In this document: piece after piece, positions 56,861 to 59,010 of the stretch
Position numbering within the stretch: the first letter of the stretch is position 1
How the letters are laid out: each line of letters begins with the position of its first letter
Position numbers and translations under genes: made by a program
NCBI GenBank assembly: GCA_050943615.1
Contig: JBMNPN010000004.1
Location: forward strand, 1-59,010
DNA length: 59,010 bases
From: Coriobacteriales bacterium
GTDB lineage: Bacteria > Actinomycetota > Coriobacteriia > Coriobacteriales > QAMH01
Direction of reading: 5' to 3'
The notes under the pieces: model-generated
Database searches by the model: none
What the model saw: the letters and a program-made list of their open reading frames with translations, nothing else
What the model was told of the DNA's origin: nothing

Positions 56861-57000
56861 TGTCAGGTTTAGCAACTTTTGGCTCGAATCTCAGCGCGCA
56901 AGCGCTCTGGGGGAGGTCAAAAAAGTGCCAAACCGAAAGAAAGTCGCAGATTTTACGCGCGGCTACTTCATTATCGGGCCAAAAGTTGCTAAACGTGACA
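56861..57000. mobile_element. 140-bp MITE-like element with 23-bp terminal inverted repeats (TGT...ACA)
   Basis: TGTCAGGTTTAGCAACTTTTGGC and GCCAAAAGTTGCTAAACGTGACA (1 mismatch); no clear target-site duplication. Confidence 0.5.
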
Positions 57001-57028
57001 ATGGCATGTTCAGACGGACTATGGAGAT

Positions 57029-58270
57029 GTGGTCGCGATGGGGTCTAAACGGGTGGTCATCGTCGGCGGAGGAGCGGCAGGGCTTGCCGCTGCTGTCGCC
57101 GCGGCGCGTGAAGGCGCCCAGGTCAGCGTGCTCGAGGAGAGAAAGCGCGTCGGCAAGTCGATTCTCGTCACGGGCAATGGGCGCTGCAACCTCACCAACA
57201 CGCGCGTTGGGCCGAACGCCTACAACGCGCCCGATTTCGTGGCGCCGGTGCTGTCCAGACTCGGATATGCGCAGATCAAGGACTTCTTCAGGAACCTGGG
57301 ACTTTGCGTGCGCGAGGAGGACGGCGGCAAGGTCTATCCGCTCTCGAACTCCGCCACGACGGTCACTGACGTGCTCTACAACGCCTGCCTGCGCTTGGGA
57401 GTCGAGATCGTCTGCAGGTTCAGGGCGCGGGGAATCGAGAAAGAAGGCGAGGACGCTGCCGTTGTCTCAGAGGCAGGAGAACGCGTGCTCGCAGATGCCG
57501 TCATCATCGCATCAGGTGGGGGAAGCAGACTTCTCGAGACCTGCGGCCATGAGCTTGTGCCGTTTCAGCCAGTACTTTGCTCGCTTGCCACGGACACAGG
57601 TCCGATTAGAGGGCTTTCGGGCGTGCGCGCCCGCGCTCGCGTGAGCGCCTATCATGGCGGGGACCGCCTTCGAGCATCGGGGGCCGTAACCCAGAACCGC
57701 GAGGTGAACAAGCCCTTTGCAAGCGAGTCGGGCGAGGTGCTCTTTCGCGACTACGGCCTTTCGGGCATCGTCATCTTCGACCTCTCCCGCTATGTCGAGC
57801 CCGGCGACTACCTCTCGCTTCACCTGCACCCGGCAACCGACGAGGTCGAGGCCGTGCACCATCTCGAGGGGCGCGTGGAGCGCTTGGGCATCGAGGGCAA
57901 GCCTTTCAGCTACGGCGACCTGCTGCGCGGCATGTTTCATTCCCGCATCAACGATGCGCTCATCGCCTACGCGGGCCTGAAGCCGCGCGACCAGGTCGAT
58001 GCGAACCGGCTCGACGACCTCGCGCACGCGTGCGTGGACTTTCGCCTGCAGGTCAAGGGCATAGGCGATGCCAAGCACGCACAGGTCACACGTGGCGGTG
58101 CGAAGCTGGACCAGTTCGACCCAACAGCGCTTGAGTCGCTCGTCGTTCCCGGCGTCTATGCGGCAGGAGAGTGCCTGGATGTCGATGGTAGATGCGGCGG
58201 CTTCAACCTCCATTGGGCCTGGGCAAGCGGCATCGCAGCAGCTCGGGCTGCCGTGGGAAAGGGACGTTAG
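57029..58270 (+). CDS. HI0933/YhiN-family flavoprotein (NAD(P)/FAD oxidoreductase)
   Basis: GGGAAGLAAA, GKSILVTGNGRCNLTN, GKVYP, AQVTRGG, GECLDVDGRCGGFNLHWAWASG motifs. The start could be 57029 or 57038. Confidence 0.93.
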   Translation: MVAMGSKRVVIVGGGAAGLAAAVAAAREGAQVSVLEERKRVGKSILVTGNGRCNLTNTRVGPNAYNAPDFVAPVLSRLGYAQIKDFFRNLGLCVREEDGGKVYPLSNSATTVTDVLYNACLRLGVEIVCRFRARGIEKEGEDAAVVSEAGERVLADAVIIASGGGSRLLETCGHELVPFQPVLCSLATDTGPIRGLSGVRARARVSAYHGGDRLRASGAVTQNREVNKPFASESGEVLFRDYGLSGIVIFDLSRYVEPGDYLSLHLHPATDEVEAVHHLEGRVERLGIEGKPFSYGDLLRGMFHSRINDALIAYAGLKPRDQVDANRLDDLAHACVDFRLQVKGIGDAKHAQVTRGGAKLDQFDPTALESLVVPGVYAAGECLDVDGRCGGFNLHWAWASGIAAARAAVGKGR

Positions 58271-58879
58271 ATGGAACTCGAATACAAGTGGGCGCTTTCA
58301 GAAAACGCCGACCCCAAGCGCACACTCGCAATCGCGGAGCTTCTCGGCCCGCTCGTGAAGGGGCGGGGCGAAATCCAGATGCGCTCGCATTACTTCGATA
58401 CGAAAGGCGGTCTGATCAAAAGCCTGAAGGGAGCCCTGCGCATGCGGGCAGAAAACGAGCGCACCGTGTGCTGCCTCAAGCTCCCCGTTGAAAACCAGGG
58501 CGGCTACGCGCTTCGCCATGAGTTTGAAGTCGAAGCGCCGGATATCGCCGAGGGAATAGCACGGCTCAAGTCGACCGAGGCACCGCTCGACGTGCTCGAG
58601 AAGCTCGAAACGGCAGACCTCATCGAGGAATGCCACATCGAGTTCTCACGCGACGTGTTCCGGCTCGAATCCAAAGGCTCCTCCACCTTCAAAGCCGAGC
58701 TCTCCGTCGACCGCGGCACGATGTATCACGAAGGACGCTCGTGCACATTCCAGGAGATGGAGCTCGAGTTCAAGGACGGAGACGAGCAGGCCTTCCACCG
58801 CCTCGCTGCAAAAATCCAGAAGACGGGCTATCTCGAGCCGCAAACCCGTTCCAAACTCGAGCGCGCGATGAGCGTGTAG
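58271..58879 (+). CDS. CYTH-domain protein
   Basis: ELEYKW (ExExK), YFDT, ALRMR, EMELEFK, SKLERA motifs. Confidence 0.9.
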   Translation: MELEYKWALSENADPKRTLAIAELLGPLVKGRGEIQMRSHYFDTKGGLIKSLKGALRMRAENERTVCCLKLPVENQGGYALRHEFEVEAPDIAEGIARLKSTEAPLDVLEKLETADLIEECHIEFSRDVFRLESKGSSTFKAELSVDRGTMYHEGRSCTFQEMELEFKDGDEQAFHRLAAKIQKTGYLEPQTRSKLERAMSV

Positions 58880-58898
58880 GGGCTCGCAAGCCCCCCGA

Positions 58899-59010
58899 GG
58901 GGCGGCGGGGATGCGGATGTGCTCAGCGCTCCGCTCCCGCTCGGGAGGGTCCCGCCCGCCGCTGCGGAACTCGCGCACTTCGTGCGCTCAAACAGTCCTC
59001 GCAAGGACGC
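58899..59010. repeat. Hairpin element family H2, copy 2 (reverse orientation, truncated by the window edge)
   Basis: CGGATGTGCTCAGCGCTCCGCTCCCGCTCGGGAGGG...AACTCGCGCACTTCGTGCGCTCAAACAGTCCTCGCAAGG is the reverse complement of about 47372..47475. Confidence 0.85.

Overview
High-GC chromosomal window, probably from a Coriobacteriia actinobacterium (inferred from gene content: a MenK-like radical SAM enzyme, a PafBC-like WYL pair, a Gram-positive Tad locus and a Tat lipoprotein). It holds about 45 mostly plus-strand housekeeping genes: purB, purC, purH, PNP, typA, a DAHP synthase, an exonuclease-DinG fusion, two trkA genes, ECF ATPases, a two-component system and a TetR gene with a 1476-aa CoA-activase fusion. 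There are three tRNA genes (Ser partial, Glu, Gly) and an 11-gene Tad/Flp pilus cluster. No integrase, transposase, prophage or cas gene was recognised. The most unusual content is intergenic: several families of palindromic repeats. One family (GTGGTCGACCAC core) forms arrays whose 42/53/51-bp higher-order spacing recurs in inverted orientation 6 kb away. Each of those arrays sits near a long hairpin element whose arms show compensatory changes between copies. Other points of interest are a sensor kinase ending in a beta-clamp-type QLTLF motif, an M28 peptidase fold split by about 700 low-complexity residues and lacking its catalytic EE motif, three further enzymes with altered catalytic residues, a tRNA-Glu with C33, and two distant paralogs of an unnamed family. 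All family assignments come from motif recognition by eye; no database search was run.
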